Assembly (NCBI GenBank): GCA_963817895.1
Contig: CAWFQB010000014.1
Span: forward strand, 160,001-224,000
From: an uncultured Chthonomonadaceae bacterium
Lineage (GTDB): Bacteria; Armatimonadota; Chthonomonadetes; Chthonomonadales; Chthonomonadaceae
Length of the DNA: 64,000 nt
Reading direction: 5' to 3'
This document shows positions 19,440 to 28,433 of the stretch, one piece after another. The notes under the pieces are model-generated. The model was not told where the DNA came from and did no database searches. It saw only the letters and a program-made list of their open reading frames with translations. The position numbers and the translations under genes are program-made. The stretch's first letter is position 1. Every line of letters starts with the position of its first letter.

Positions 19440-20708
19440 AAGTTTTTCGATGAGGGATTGGCTTACGGTTTCCCAATCCAGTTCGGTGTCTGTATCGTGC
19501 CGGGTTCGTGATGAAAAATCGGCTGTGGGCGCGTCGTAGTGGTGGCTGCGGGCGCGTTCATAGACGCCAAGCACGTTTTGAACCATGCGTTCCGGCGTGT
19601 AGGTGAGCGCGTTGGCGCGGGCGTTGGCCCGCATGGTCGCGCGTAATTCCGGGTTGGTCAATAATTGTACCACGCGGGCGGTAAAGGCGGTGGTGTCGCC
19701 GCAGGGAACTCGGAACCCATCTTCGCCGTCGCGCACGGTTTCGGGCGCGCCTCCGGCATCCACCACGACACAGGGCGCTCCGGCGGCGCGAGCCTCGCCG
19801 ATCACCAGTCCCTGCGTTTCCGATGCGGAGGGGAAGCAGAACACATCGCAGGCGGCAAAAAGTTCATCAAGTTGATGTCGGGGCGTTGGCCCCGGAAACA
19901 ATACGCTGTCGCCAAAAGACGAGGCAGCTGATTTAGCCTCTTCAAGGTAAGAACCGCCGCCTACAATCGCCAGTCGCGCAGTGGGAACTTGCGCGCGAAC
20001 ATTGCCAAACACCTCCAGAAGCCAGTCTATATTCTTTTCGCGCGCAATGCGTCCGGCGTATACCATCAGGGGCGCGTGGACGCTGACGCCGATACGCTTG
20101 CGCGCCTGCCGCTGTGCCTGTTCCGTCAGGGCTTCACGCGGGGGCAGGGGAACGCCCGTTGGAATAACCGTGATGGGGCGCGTGACCCCGTAACTGCGCA
20201 GGGTTTGCGCGGCCACTTCCGAGGGGCAAATGATTTCCGTGCAGCGATTGTAATACCAGGGCAGGTAGTGTTCCACAAGAGATTGGGTCATGCTGTCGGG
20301 CAGCAGCGGTACATAGTGCGTGTACTGCGCGTACAGCGTGTGAAAGGTGGATACCAGTGGCACATTGCGCCGAATGGCGAGTTTTCCGCCCGTCAACCCC
20401 ATCACAAACGGCGTATGGGTATGAACAACATCCAGTTTCAATCGGTCGAAATGCGTTTCCAGCGCCATGCGCGGCAGAAAGGGATAGGCGACCGGGTATT
20501 CGCGATTGAAGGCCGAAACAAACGAGGGGAACCGCAGCACGTTGGATTCCGAAACAGGCTGATGCTCATGGGCGGGCGCAAATACGCAGATATGATGGTT
20601 CAGGGCGCGTAATCCGGCAATCAGCGTCAGAACTGAGGTGGAGACGCCATTTTGCACGGGATGAAACGACTCGGAAAACATGCCGATGCGGTAGCCGTTC
20701 TGCTGCAT
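19440..20708 (-). CDS. GT4 glycosyltransferase (diacylglycerol glucosyltransferase-like); 3' end uncertain
   Basis: 'RIGMFSESFHPVQNGVSTS', 'HTHTPF', 'TFHTLY', 'GRIAREKN', 'SETQGLVIGEA' (EX7E). Confidence 0.88.
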
Positions 20709-20739
20709 TGTTCGCGCTGGGCGAGAAGGGAGCGGCCAT

Positions 20740-22035
20740 CTAGATCTTAAGTTCTTTCCCGTTGTCTTCGGCAAAATCGGCGTCCAAGCAGAGCGGCGCG
20801 GCTCTTCCGCCTGGCGGTCGGCGGCAAGCGCGGCCTGCTGTGTTTCTAAAAAGGTCAGAATGTCGGATAGACGGAAACGGCGCTGACGGGTTTCCTTTTC
20901 CGCCGGCATACACGCTTTCTCCCGCGTTTCGAGTGGCGCGATCCGGCTCTTTGCGATAATAGGTGAGAATGCCCTTGTTGGTATAGCGGCGTACCGTTGT
21001 GGGGCAGACATTCAGCAGGCGCGCGGTATCTTCGAGGGATAAAATGGGGTCAAGCAGCCGCTCGATAAGTTCGTGCCGTTTCTCCTGAAAGGGCCGCTTG
21101 TAGGAGGATTGCGCCACTTCCTGCTCTTCTTCCAGTCGTTCCAGTGATAACAGCGTTTGAACATGGCGCGGAACAGCGGCCCATAGTTCGGGGCGGACAG
21201 GCCGGAGGGGACGTTTTCGGGGCGAACATTGCGCGCATGGCGGGCGCGGGAACGTGGATGTACGCCGCTCTGCGTTTAAACTTCCTGCGTTGTTTCATCC
21301 TGCGATAGCTCTTCCGTTGTAGTCTCGCACGAGTCGCGCATTGTTGTTTTCTTCATTGCAGATTGGGGCGGGAGAGGGTGATGCGACTATGGAGGATGGC
21401 GGCGGAGGTATCCGGCAGGGAAGGCGCGGAATGGGAGGCAGGAAGATAGTTGGCGAAAGAGGGAATATCCGTGTCTATGTCCTCGATGGGCTGGAACAGG
21501 TTGCGCTCACGGAGATTATCGCTTGCCGATGGCATTAGCGAGTTTTCATCTGCGGCAGGGCGGTTCGCTGGCTCGGAAGACGTATCCAATCCAACGGATT
21601 GACTGCGGCGGCGTGTGCGATTGCTGATTTCAGGCTGACCATTGTTTTGCGGACTGCGCAGGGGTTTGGTCGGGCAGTGGAGTCAACAGTTCGATGCGGG
21701 GTGCGCGGGCGGCAGGCGTGGAAATAAGATCGGGCGACAGTTGGCGGCGTGACAAGCATCGTGACAACATTTTGTATGGCGTTGGGAGTGGTTTCAGGTC
21801 TTGCCCCCTGGTCAAGGTGGTATCCATCAGCAACGGTTCCGGCCTGTCAATCGCCGGGGCGGCGTGTATAGGGTCGGCTGACCGGCTTGGGCATTCGCCT
21901 CGACCTCTTCGGATGGGCAGAAATTCAAGAAAGCGGGGACAGCGCTTGTTTGATTGGTTTCGGAGCGGGAACGACTTCTTGTTCCTCGTCCAGAAACTGT
22001 GACCCGATATACTTTTGCCATTCATCCAGCCGCAC
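20740..22035 (-). CDS. Excisionase/BldC-like helix-turn-helix protein with a long Pro/acidic N-terminal region (several frameshifts)
   Basis: GTG 22035 with upstream GAAGGA gives 'RLDEWQKYIGSQFLDEEQE'. C-terminal 'LSLEDTARLLNVCPTTVRRYTNKGIL', with wing 'QRRFRLSDILTFLE' in the next frame. Confidence 0.65.
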
Positions 22036-22060
22036 GGCAGTCAATCCTTCCGGTGAAACA

Positions 22061-22111
22061 ATAGCCCTCAACCCCCGGCCCCTTCTCCCCAAAAAGCCTG
22101 GGAGAAGGGGA
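22061..22111 (+). repeat. REP-like hairpin repeat
   Basis: atagccctcaacccccggccccttctccccaaaaagcctgggagaagggga. Confidence 0.85.
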
Positions 22112-22127
22112 GAGAATTTTTAATTGT

Positions 22128-23190
22128 TTAAATAATGAGCATGGCGTCGCCAAAACTGTAAAAGCGATACTGTTCGCGTACCGGCTTCGGCATACGCGGC
22201 CATAATGTTTTCGCGGCCTGCCAGCGCGGAGATGAGCATCAGCAGGGTGGAGCGCGGCAGATGAAAGTTGGTGATCAAGCCATCTACGGCGCGAAATTTG
22301 TAACCCGGCGTGATGAATAAGCGCGTTTCTCCTGTGAAGGGAGCGACGCGCGCGGAATTGTCTGTTCCGGCATGTTTGGGCGGCGGATTTCAAGGGCGCG
22401 AACGCTGGTGGTTCCGACTGCAATGATGCGACCCTGTGTGGCGTTGATAATCTGCGCCGCTTCGTCTGAAACCGTAACCCATTCGCCGTGCATCTGATGC
22501 GTGTTGGTATCTTCGGTCTTGACGGGGCGAAATGTGTCCACGCCGACGTGCAGGGTGACGCGGGCGATATTGAATTCCCTGCGCCTGCGCCTGGTTAAGC
22601 ATGGCATCCGTGAAGTGCAGTCCGGCGGTGGGCGCGGCGGCGGAACCGTTATGGCGGGCGTAAACCGTCTGGTAACGCTCTTCTGCGGCTGTGGGCAGGG
22701 GCGTATGGATGTACGGGGGCAGGGGAGAAGAACCCCACAAGCCGACCCTGTCTCTGGCGGCGGCATCGGCAAATTCCAGCAGTCGCCCGCCCTCTTCCGT
22801 TTCCCCGACAATCCGCGCGGTTTCCTGAGCTACTCCGCTCTGCGTTTCGTCAACTTCCGGCCCGACCAGCGTAAGGTTTACGCCTTCGCGTAATGACCGA
22901 CCGGGTTTGACAAGCGCGGCCCATTGGCGTTCACCAACAGGGCGCAGCAGCAGAACTTCCGCTTCGTGTCCAGATGGGCGCAGTCCGCGCAGTCGGCGGG
23001 CAATTACGCGGGTATCGTTGACAACCAGCGTATCTCCAGCGTTCAGGTACGCCAGCAGGTCTGGGAACCGGCGGTGTTCAATATGTCCGTTCGCCCGATG
23101 CAGAACGAGCAGGCGCAACTCGCCACGCGGCAGGGGCGTTTGCGCGATTAATTCCGGTGGTAAAAAGTAGTCGAAAAGGTCAGTCCGCAT
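22128..23190 (-). CDS. queA: S-adenosylmethionine:tRNA ribosyltransferase-isomerase (several apparent frameshifts)
   Basis: '[14 protein letters not shown]', 'VNDTRVI', 'YQTVYA...AAPTAGLHF', 'TLHVG..TF', '[11 protein letters not shown]', end '[13 protein letters not shown]'. Confidence 0.95.
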
Positions 23191-23281
23191 AGCAGCATGG
23201 CGTCAGGCACAATGACAAACCGTACAGATCATTACTTCGCCCTTATACGGCGAAGGAGTTTACAGCGAAAAAGTTGAGGGT

Positions 23282-23311
23282 AGTATAGCGTTTATAGCTG
23301 GCTGCTGTCAA
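23282..23311 (-). promoter_or_regulatory. Sigma70-type promoter upstream of queA
   Basis: Minus strand TTGACA-18-TATACT. Confidence 0.65.
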
Positions 23312-23380
23312 CGCCTTTGTACAGGTTTACGGCGAAAATACATGCCAACCTTGTATCGTGGTCGAATGTACAAAAGGGAC

Positions 23381-24346
23381 TCAGGAAGATTTTGCGCCGG
23401 TAAGCAGAGCGGCGGGAATATCCTCTATGGGAATACCAAGTTCCAGATAAGCTTGTCGCAGGCGTTGCTTGACGAGGGGAACATCATCGGCAGGAATGTC
23501 AAGCTGGCGGGTATCTGAAGTGAGTTGGGACGCGGCTGCCATCAGCATGTCGGGATCGGCGACGCCATCGGGATTTCGATAGGCCAGTTTCCATGTGGAA
23601 GCGTCATTGGGATTGGCGACATACGCATAGCATTGCGGAACATTGGGCGTGGCTTGCGCGGCGGATTGGGCGGCGAGGGCTTCGGGACGTATGACTTCCT
23701 GTTGCAGCACATCCAGCAACACTTGACGCTCGACGCGAAAATTAGCGGTTCGCATCAACTCACGGCGAAGCAGGTTGAGGATGTCTTCGGAGAGGAGCAG
23801 GGAGGCAATGCGGCCCGGATTGAGCGCGTGGACGCGCTGCCAGTAGTATTCCAGCGCGTTTTGTTCCATGCCCTCCCGGCTGACAAGCAAAAAGTAAGTG
23901 GTTTTTTCTTCCAGTGAAACTGCGTCGGAAAGGGATACGCGGAAGACCAGTTCAGGGTGACGATCCGGGCCGACTCCAAGCCGGTAACACGCCCAGTAAT
24001 CCGCGTTGGAAAGCAGCGCCCACTGGCAGTAGTTGGGCGTGTTAGCCCCACTCAGGCGCAGCAGATGCGCGGCGTGGGGTACGATGCCAACGGCTTTCAC
24101 GAGCAGGAGGAATTGCAGGCGGCCATTCAGCAGGACGGCGTGATCCGCGTGTGGGCCGCGTATGCTCGACTCGGCGGTAACATCAAAGAAGGGGTCGTAG
24201 CCCAGCATGTCGCCAAGCATGGCTTTGACTATATCTGCGGTATCCCGCTCGTTCATGCCGCGTTGCCGCGCCTGATGGACAATGCGGCTGTACTTTTTGA
24301 TTCCGTCTTGAATTCGGGTACGGGTCTGATCGCTGATACGAAGCAT
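23381..24346 (-). CDS. HsdR N-terminal-like PD-(D/E)xK-fold protein, apparently inactive, with an extra C-terminal domain
   Basis: 'NERDTADIVKAMLGDMLGYD...SIRGPHADHAV...FLLLVKAVG...WALLSNADYW'; the expected ExK reads LVK. Confidence 0.6.
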   Translation of the reverse strand: MLRISDQTRTRIQDGIKKYSRIVHQARQRGMNERDTADIVKAMLGDMLGYDPFFDVTAESSIRGPHADHAVLLNGRLQFLLLVKAVGIVPHAAHLLRLSGANTPNYCQWALLSNADYWACYRLGVGPDRHPELVFRVSLSDAVSLEEKTTYFLLVSREGMEQNALEYYWQRVHALNPGRIASLLLSEDILNLLRRELMRTANFRVERQVLLDVLQQEVIRPEALAAQSAAQATPNVPQCYAYVANPNDASTWKLAYRNPDGVADPDMLMAAASQLTSDTRQLDIPADDVPLVKQRLRQAYLELGIPIEDIPAALLTGAKSS

Positions 24347-24487
24347 ACTGCCTCCTCAGAATGTCTTCTTTCCCGGTTTCTGCTGCCACAGAACGGGAAA
24401 CTGTTAAAAATTTCAGCGGAATCAACAGGAGATACTTCTACAAAGGGGACGCCGTGTTAATACAGACGAGATGGTCAACAAAATGGG

Positions 24488-24814
24488 TTAGTCGAATTCC
24501 CACAGAGAAACATACAAGGTATCGTCTTCTACGTGAACTTCGTAAACGGGCAGGCCGTAGCCTCCTACCGTGAGACAATCGCCCGTTTTTGGATCGAACG
24601 CATAACCGTGACGACGACAGATAATGCGGTTTCGCTCGAGGGGCGCGCCTTGCAGGGAAGCGTTCTGGTGGGGACACACGCTGCCGACCGCATAGTATTT
24701 GCCCCCATGATAAAACACGGCGCACTCGCCGCCGTCCGTTCCGAGTTTGACAACGTGACAGGCATCGGGCAGAATATCGGCGGTTTTGGCGACAGCATAA
24801 CGCGCTTTACGCAT
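24488..24814 (-). CDS. Rieske (2Fe-2S) ferredoxin
   Basis: 'CPHQNASL...ICRRHGYAFDPKTG' (CxH...CxxH). Confidence 0.9.
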   Translation of the reverse strand: MRKARYAVAKTADILPDACHVVKLGTDGGECAVFYHGGKYYAVGSVCPHQNASLQGAPLERNRIICRRHGYAFDPKTGDCLTVGGYGLPVYEVHVEDDTLYVSLWEFD

Positions 24815-24829
24815 GAATGGGAAGTCTCG

Positions 24830-25984
24830 CTATCCGCCTAATTGACTCATGTTGCGGCCAATGGGCATCATGCCGTCTTCAAGGCGATGTTCTTTGGGCT
24901 TGTGCAGTACGGTCAGGCGGAAAAGGTCGGCAATGGCTTCATCATCGGCTTTGCCGCGCAGAACAGAGCGCAAATCCACTTCGCCGTCCGCCATCAGGCA
25001 GGGGCGCAACTGGCCGTCGGCGGTGAGGCGCAGGCGGTTACAATTTTCGCACATGTCGTTGGTGATCTGGCTGATAAAGCCAACGGTTCCCAACGCGCCG
25101 GGTAAGCGGTAGGAACGGGCGGGGCCGTTGGTAATCACTTCAGCGGGCGACAGGGTTCCAAGCGCGTGTTCAATTTTGTCGCGCATCTCCTGAGTGGACA
25201 CAAACGCGCGGCGCATCTGGCGGGAATCGAGTTGTCCCGTTTGGCTGTCGGCGGCAGGCAGGGTAAAGCCGGAACGGAAGGAGTTTAGTCCGGCATTGGC
25301 GTACAGCGTGATGTTTGTATCGCGCCGATAACCCGGCGCGGCGGCAAGGGCGAACATGTCCGAGGTTCCGATTTCAGCCTGACTGTCATCGCCCTGACTC
25401 CAGTTGATGGGCATCAGTTCAATAAAGCGAACATCGAAAGGCTGTTCCAGCGTAATTCGGGCGAAGTCTACCACCTCATCGTCGTTCCAGTCGCGCATCA
25501 CAACGCAGTTTAATTTAATGGGAGTCAGCCCTGCCGCCTGCGCCGCCTGTATACCTTGCAGCACGTCGGACAGGTTGCCGCGCCGCGCAATGCGGGCGAA
25601 GCGTTCCGGCTTGAGTGTGTCCAGACTGATGTTGATTCGGTTCAGGCCATAGCGGGCAAAGTCCGTCGCGTAGCGTTCGAGCAGAAAGCCGTTGGTCGTC
25701 ATAGATAGATCGCGCAGGCCGGGAATTGCGCCGATTTTCTCGATGAGCAGATCAATGTCGCGGCGCACAAGGGGTTCCCCGCCCGTGAGACGAATTTTGC
25801 TCATGCCCAATCCTACGGCGATGCGGGCCAGCCGTTCGATCTCCTCATACGTGAGAATATCGGCTTTGGGCGCGACGGGAGCGCCCTCTTCGGGCATACA
25901 GTAGACGCAACGGAAATTGCAGCGGTCGGTAACGCTGATGCGGAGATAGTCTATAACCCGATTGTAGGAGTTGATCAGTGGCAT
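24830..25984 (-). CDS. moaA: GTP 3',8-cyclase
   Basis: 'YLRISVTDRCNFRCVYCMP', 'LTGGEPL', 'CENCNRLRLTADG.LRPCL', C-terminal 'MSQLGG'. Confidence 0.97.
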   Translation of the reverse strand: MPLINSYNRVIDYLRISVTDRCNFRCVYCMPEEGAPVAPKADILTYEEIERLARIAVGLGMSKIRLTGGEPLVRRDIDLLIEKIGAIPGLRDLSMTTNGFLLERYATDFARYGLNRINISLDTLKPERFARIARRGNLSDVLQGIQAAQAAGLTPIKLNCVVMRDWNDDEVVDFARITLEQPFDVRFIELMPINWSQGDDSQAEIGTSDMFALAAAPGYRRDTNITLYANAGLNSFRSGFTLPAADSQTGQLDSRQMRRAFVSTQEMRDKIEHALGTLSPAEVITNGPARSYRLPGALGTVGFISQITNDMCENCNRLRLTADGQLRPCLMADGEVDLRSVLRGKADDEAIADLFRLTVLHKPKEHRLEDGMMPIGRNMSQLGG

Positions 25985-26021
25985 GGTTAGACTATTATAC
26001 GCTACGAGAGGAACGATATTC

Positions 26022-26052
26022 GCCCTCTCCCAAAAAAGTCTGGAAGAGGGGC
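26022..26052 (+). repeat. Truncated REP-like hairpin repeat
   Basis: gccctctcccaaaaaagtctggaagaggggc. Confidence 0.65.
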
Positions 26053-26058
26053 TAATTA

Positions 26059-26160
26059 GAGCCTATCCCAATAGGCGATTGCATTTGCGTCCGAAGGACG
26101 CTTGGCCGCAGGCCACTCAGACGGGTACGTTCTTTGTACCCGGCCTAATGGGATAGGCTC
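26059..26160. mobile_element. 102-bp MITE with 18-bp terminal inverted repeats and a TTA target duplication
   Basis: Left TIR gagcctatcccaataggc; right TIR (reverse complement) gagcctatcccattaggc; TTA at 26056-58 and 26161-63. Confidence 0.8.
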
Positions 26161-26175
26161 TTAGTTTCAAAGGTA

Positions 26176-27792
26176 TTATGGCAGGTCGTCGGGATCAATG
26201 GGCGGTTTGCCGTTGGGAAGGGTTTTGACGGGCGGTTTGGGCAGGGCGGGGGCGGTCGCTATAGCTTGAACAGGAACGCTGAGAAGGTAAGTCCCTATCC
26301 ATGCGGTGAGGATGCCATTGCCCGGTTTGCTGGCCGTGAAGACGCCCTGTTGGGATAGGAAGCCAAAACCGTCCGCCGTACCCCATACTACGTTTTGGGC
26401 GGGAATAGGCTTGTTATCGCCGTCCAGAACTTGAAAGCGGATTGGTTCGCCCACGCGGGCAGGAACGCCCGTCATGTTAAACGGCGCGATATGCAATCCC
26501 GCCGTATTCATGTTTTCGGGAACATTGCCGTAGATGAGCAGGCCGTCCGCTACCGCGCGTTCGCGTCCGTCCGAAGGAGAGTTGACGACGCTGCCGCCGA
26601 TAACCATTGTGCTGGAACCGCCGCCGTCGAAGTTCATGGCGTTGACCGCGCCCAGCCGCTTCATAATAGCGGCCATCTCGCTTAATGACGCGCCCTGACT
26701 CCATTTTGCGCGGCCATCTACTGTAACGAGCAGGAGATTGCCTTTCGCATCCACTCCCGCAGCGGTGCGCGGGTGTCGCTTGTCAATAAAATCGGCTTTT
26801 TCAAATCCTTCGGCTTCGCCGTCTACGGCGATTTGGCCGTTACGCACCAGAAACGGCCCGCCGCCAACCGCCTGCTCTACATCCGTCCAGACCGGCACGA
26901 AACGACCCATACGGGAAAAGTCGGCGCGGGAAGCGTATTTACCGCGAGACGGTGGGGCGGCATTTGGAGTGACATCGAAGCGGAATTTGAGCGTGTCGCC
27001 CTGTTTGCAATGCGCGGAAATCCAACTCGCGCCGTTGCCAACCATGACGATTTGTACATTATGTCCGGTTGTTTGTGAAAGCGTTTCGCCCGAACCGATG
27101 GGCGCAATGGTATCCACAACGCCCTCAACGGTTTGTCCTAGTTTAATGGGAAGGGCGGCATCTCGCAGCGTTATCGCGACGCCGTTCTTTTCGATGGCAG
27201 GGGTTGCTGTGTAGGAAGGAGTCAGAACAATGGCGTCGCTGTCATGGGGAACGCGGTTGATGCCCGAAAGGTTCAGGGTCGCGCCATCCGGGGCGAGCAG
27301 GACGCCAACGGGAAGCAGCACCTCCATCTGAATTCCCTGTTTGCCGATGCCCATTGCGACGCGATTGCTGGAGGGTTCGCTGAGAAGTTCGCCGTCGCGT
27401 ATCGAAAGACCGAGCGGGTCGCCGGTAAATGGAAAGAAATCCGCGTTGACGGCGGCAATGGCGCGGTGACGAATGGCAAGACTGTGCATCCCCTCGCGCC
27501 CTTTTTCCGCGCCGGCAAGTGAAATCGTATCCTGTGCCTGCCCGGTTTGAACGCGCACACCGGGGGCGTTCAGATCAATGCGCAGAATGTTGATAAGTAG
27601 AGGCGCGTTTCCCGTTGTCACCTCCTGCGAGTAGACAATGCCGGGGGCAAGGGCGTGGGTTGTGGTTTGCGCAGAGCAGAGGGAGGCAAGAGCGGCAACC
27701 AGAGAAAGAAGCAGGCAAACCACGCCGGAAAATCTAATTTTCAAGGAGAAAGCAGTCACGACCGGAAGCCTTTCAAACACGAGCAACGTCAA
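26176..27792 (-). CDS. Phosphodiester glycosidase (NAGPA) family exported protein
   Basis: Signal-like N-terminus, 'AAVNADFF', 'GGGPFLV', 'RHPRTAAG', 'VTVDGR', 'AMNFDGGGSS'. The start is uncertain. Confidence 0.88.
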   Translation of the reverse strand: MTLLVFERLPVVTAFSLKIRFSGVVCLLLSLVAALASLCSAQTTTHALAPGIVYSQEVTTGNAPLLINILRIDLNAPGVRVQTGQAQDTISLAGAEKGREGMHSLAIRHRAIAAVNADFFPFTGDPLGLSIRDGELLSEPSSNRVAMGIGKQGIQMEVLLPVGVLLAPDGATLNLSGINRVPHDSDAIVLTPSYTATPAIEKNGVAITLRDAALPIKLGQTVEGVVDTIAPIGSGETLSQTTGHNVQIVMVGNGASWISAHCKQGDTLKFRFDVTPNAAPPSRGKYASRADFSRMGRFVPVWTDVEQAVGGGPFLVRNGQIAVDGEAEGFEKADFIDKRHPRTAAGVDAKGNLLLVTVDGRAKWSQGASLSEMAAIMKRLGAVNAMNFDGGGSSTMVIGGSVVNSPSDGRERAVADGLLIYGNVPENMNTAGLHIAPFNMTGVPARVGEPIRFQVLDGDNKPIPAQNVVWGTADGFGFLSQQGVFTASKPGNGILTAWIGTYLLSVPVQAIATAPALPKPPVKTLPNGKPPIDPDDLP

Positions 27793-27896
27793 CTGACACT
27801 AAAAATTGCCTGCTTGATAGACGGAACTGGACGGGAAACATTGCATTGAAGCCCGCGTTTGGCGTACAATGACAACGTTTGCAGCGCAACAGTCCG

Positions 27897-28238
27897 ATGA
27901 CACTGATTTTACACGCGCTGACAGGCAGAACAGAACAGGTTTCAGCAAAGGCAGGCGTCAGGTTGGATACGCCAAAATTGAACATCAAAGAGCCGACTGC
28001 GGGTTCGCGCTGCGCGTATTGCGGCAGCGCGGAACTGTCGAGCCTGCCGATTTATGCGGTCGGGCTGCGGCCTTGCGTACCGCGGCGATTCGCGGACGAT
28101 GTAATGTGCCGTCGCTGCGGGCGCATGGGGCCGCCGGTTTATACGGGTAATGCAACGCAAAACCGCCTGCGAAGGACACGCAGACGGCGGAGAGAAGCGG
28201 CGTACAAAATCCGCTTAAATCGGAGTGACAGGATTTGA
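27897..28238 (+). CDS. Small hypothetical zinc-ribbon protein
   Basis: Two CxxCG pairs ('CAYCG', 'CRRCG'). The 3' end runs into the tRNA-Pro gene, so the boundaries are doubtful. Confidence 0.4.
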   Translation: MTLILHALTGRTEQVSAKAGVRLDTPKLNIKEPTAGSRCAYCGSAELSSLPIYAVGLRPCVPRRFADDVMCRRCGRMGPPVYTGNATQNRLRRTRRRRREAAYKIRLNRSDRI

Positions 28239-28292
28239 ACCTGCGACCTCATCGTCCCAAACGACGCGCGCTACCAACTGCGCCACACTCCG
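28220..28292 (-). tRNA. tRNA-Pro (anticodon TGG), CCA not encoded
   Basis: cggagtgtggcgcagttggtagcgcgcgtcg-tttggga-cgatgaggtcgcaggttcaaatcctgtcactccga folds as a cloverleaf. Confidence 0.96.
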
Positions 28293-28323
28293 GCTGTTCC
28301 CCGTATTATCAGGGACGCCTTGT

Positions 28324-28352
28324 ATTATATTCCAGCCGGGGGCGGAAGTCAA
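28324..28352 (-). promoter_or_regulatory. Sigma70-type promoter for tRNA-Pro
   Basis: Minus strand TTGACT-17-TATAAT. Confidence 0.75.
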
Positions 28353-28433
28353 GGCCGAAGTGAAATTGATTGCTTGAAAGTGAGAGGAGCTGATGTTGAC
28401 AGCAAAGTGATGTATGGTATCGGACCCTGTGTC

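Noticed and set aside
19083..21011. 642-aa ORF joining the HTH wing, GT4 and DedA start
   Set aside because: A composite of three genes caused by indels; the GT4 domain begins at MQQNG (20708).
23191..23281. PreQ1 riboswitch in the queA leader
   Set aside because: Only a simple hairpin (cttcgcc/ggcgaag) is present, without the preQ1 loop consensus or A-rich tail.
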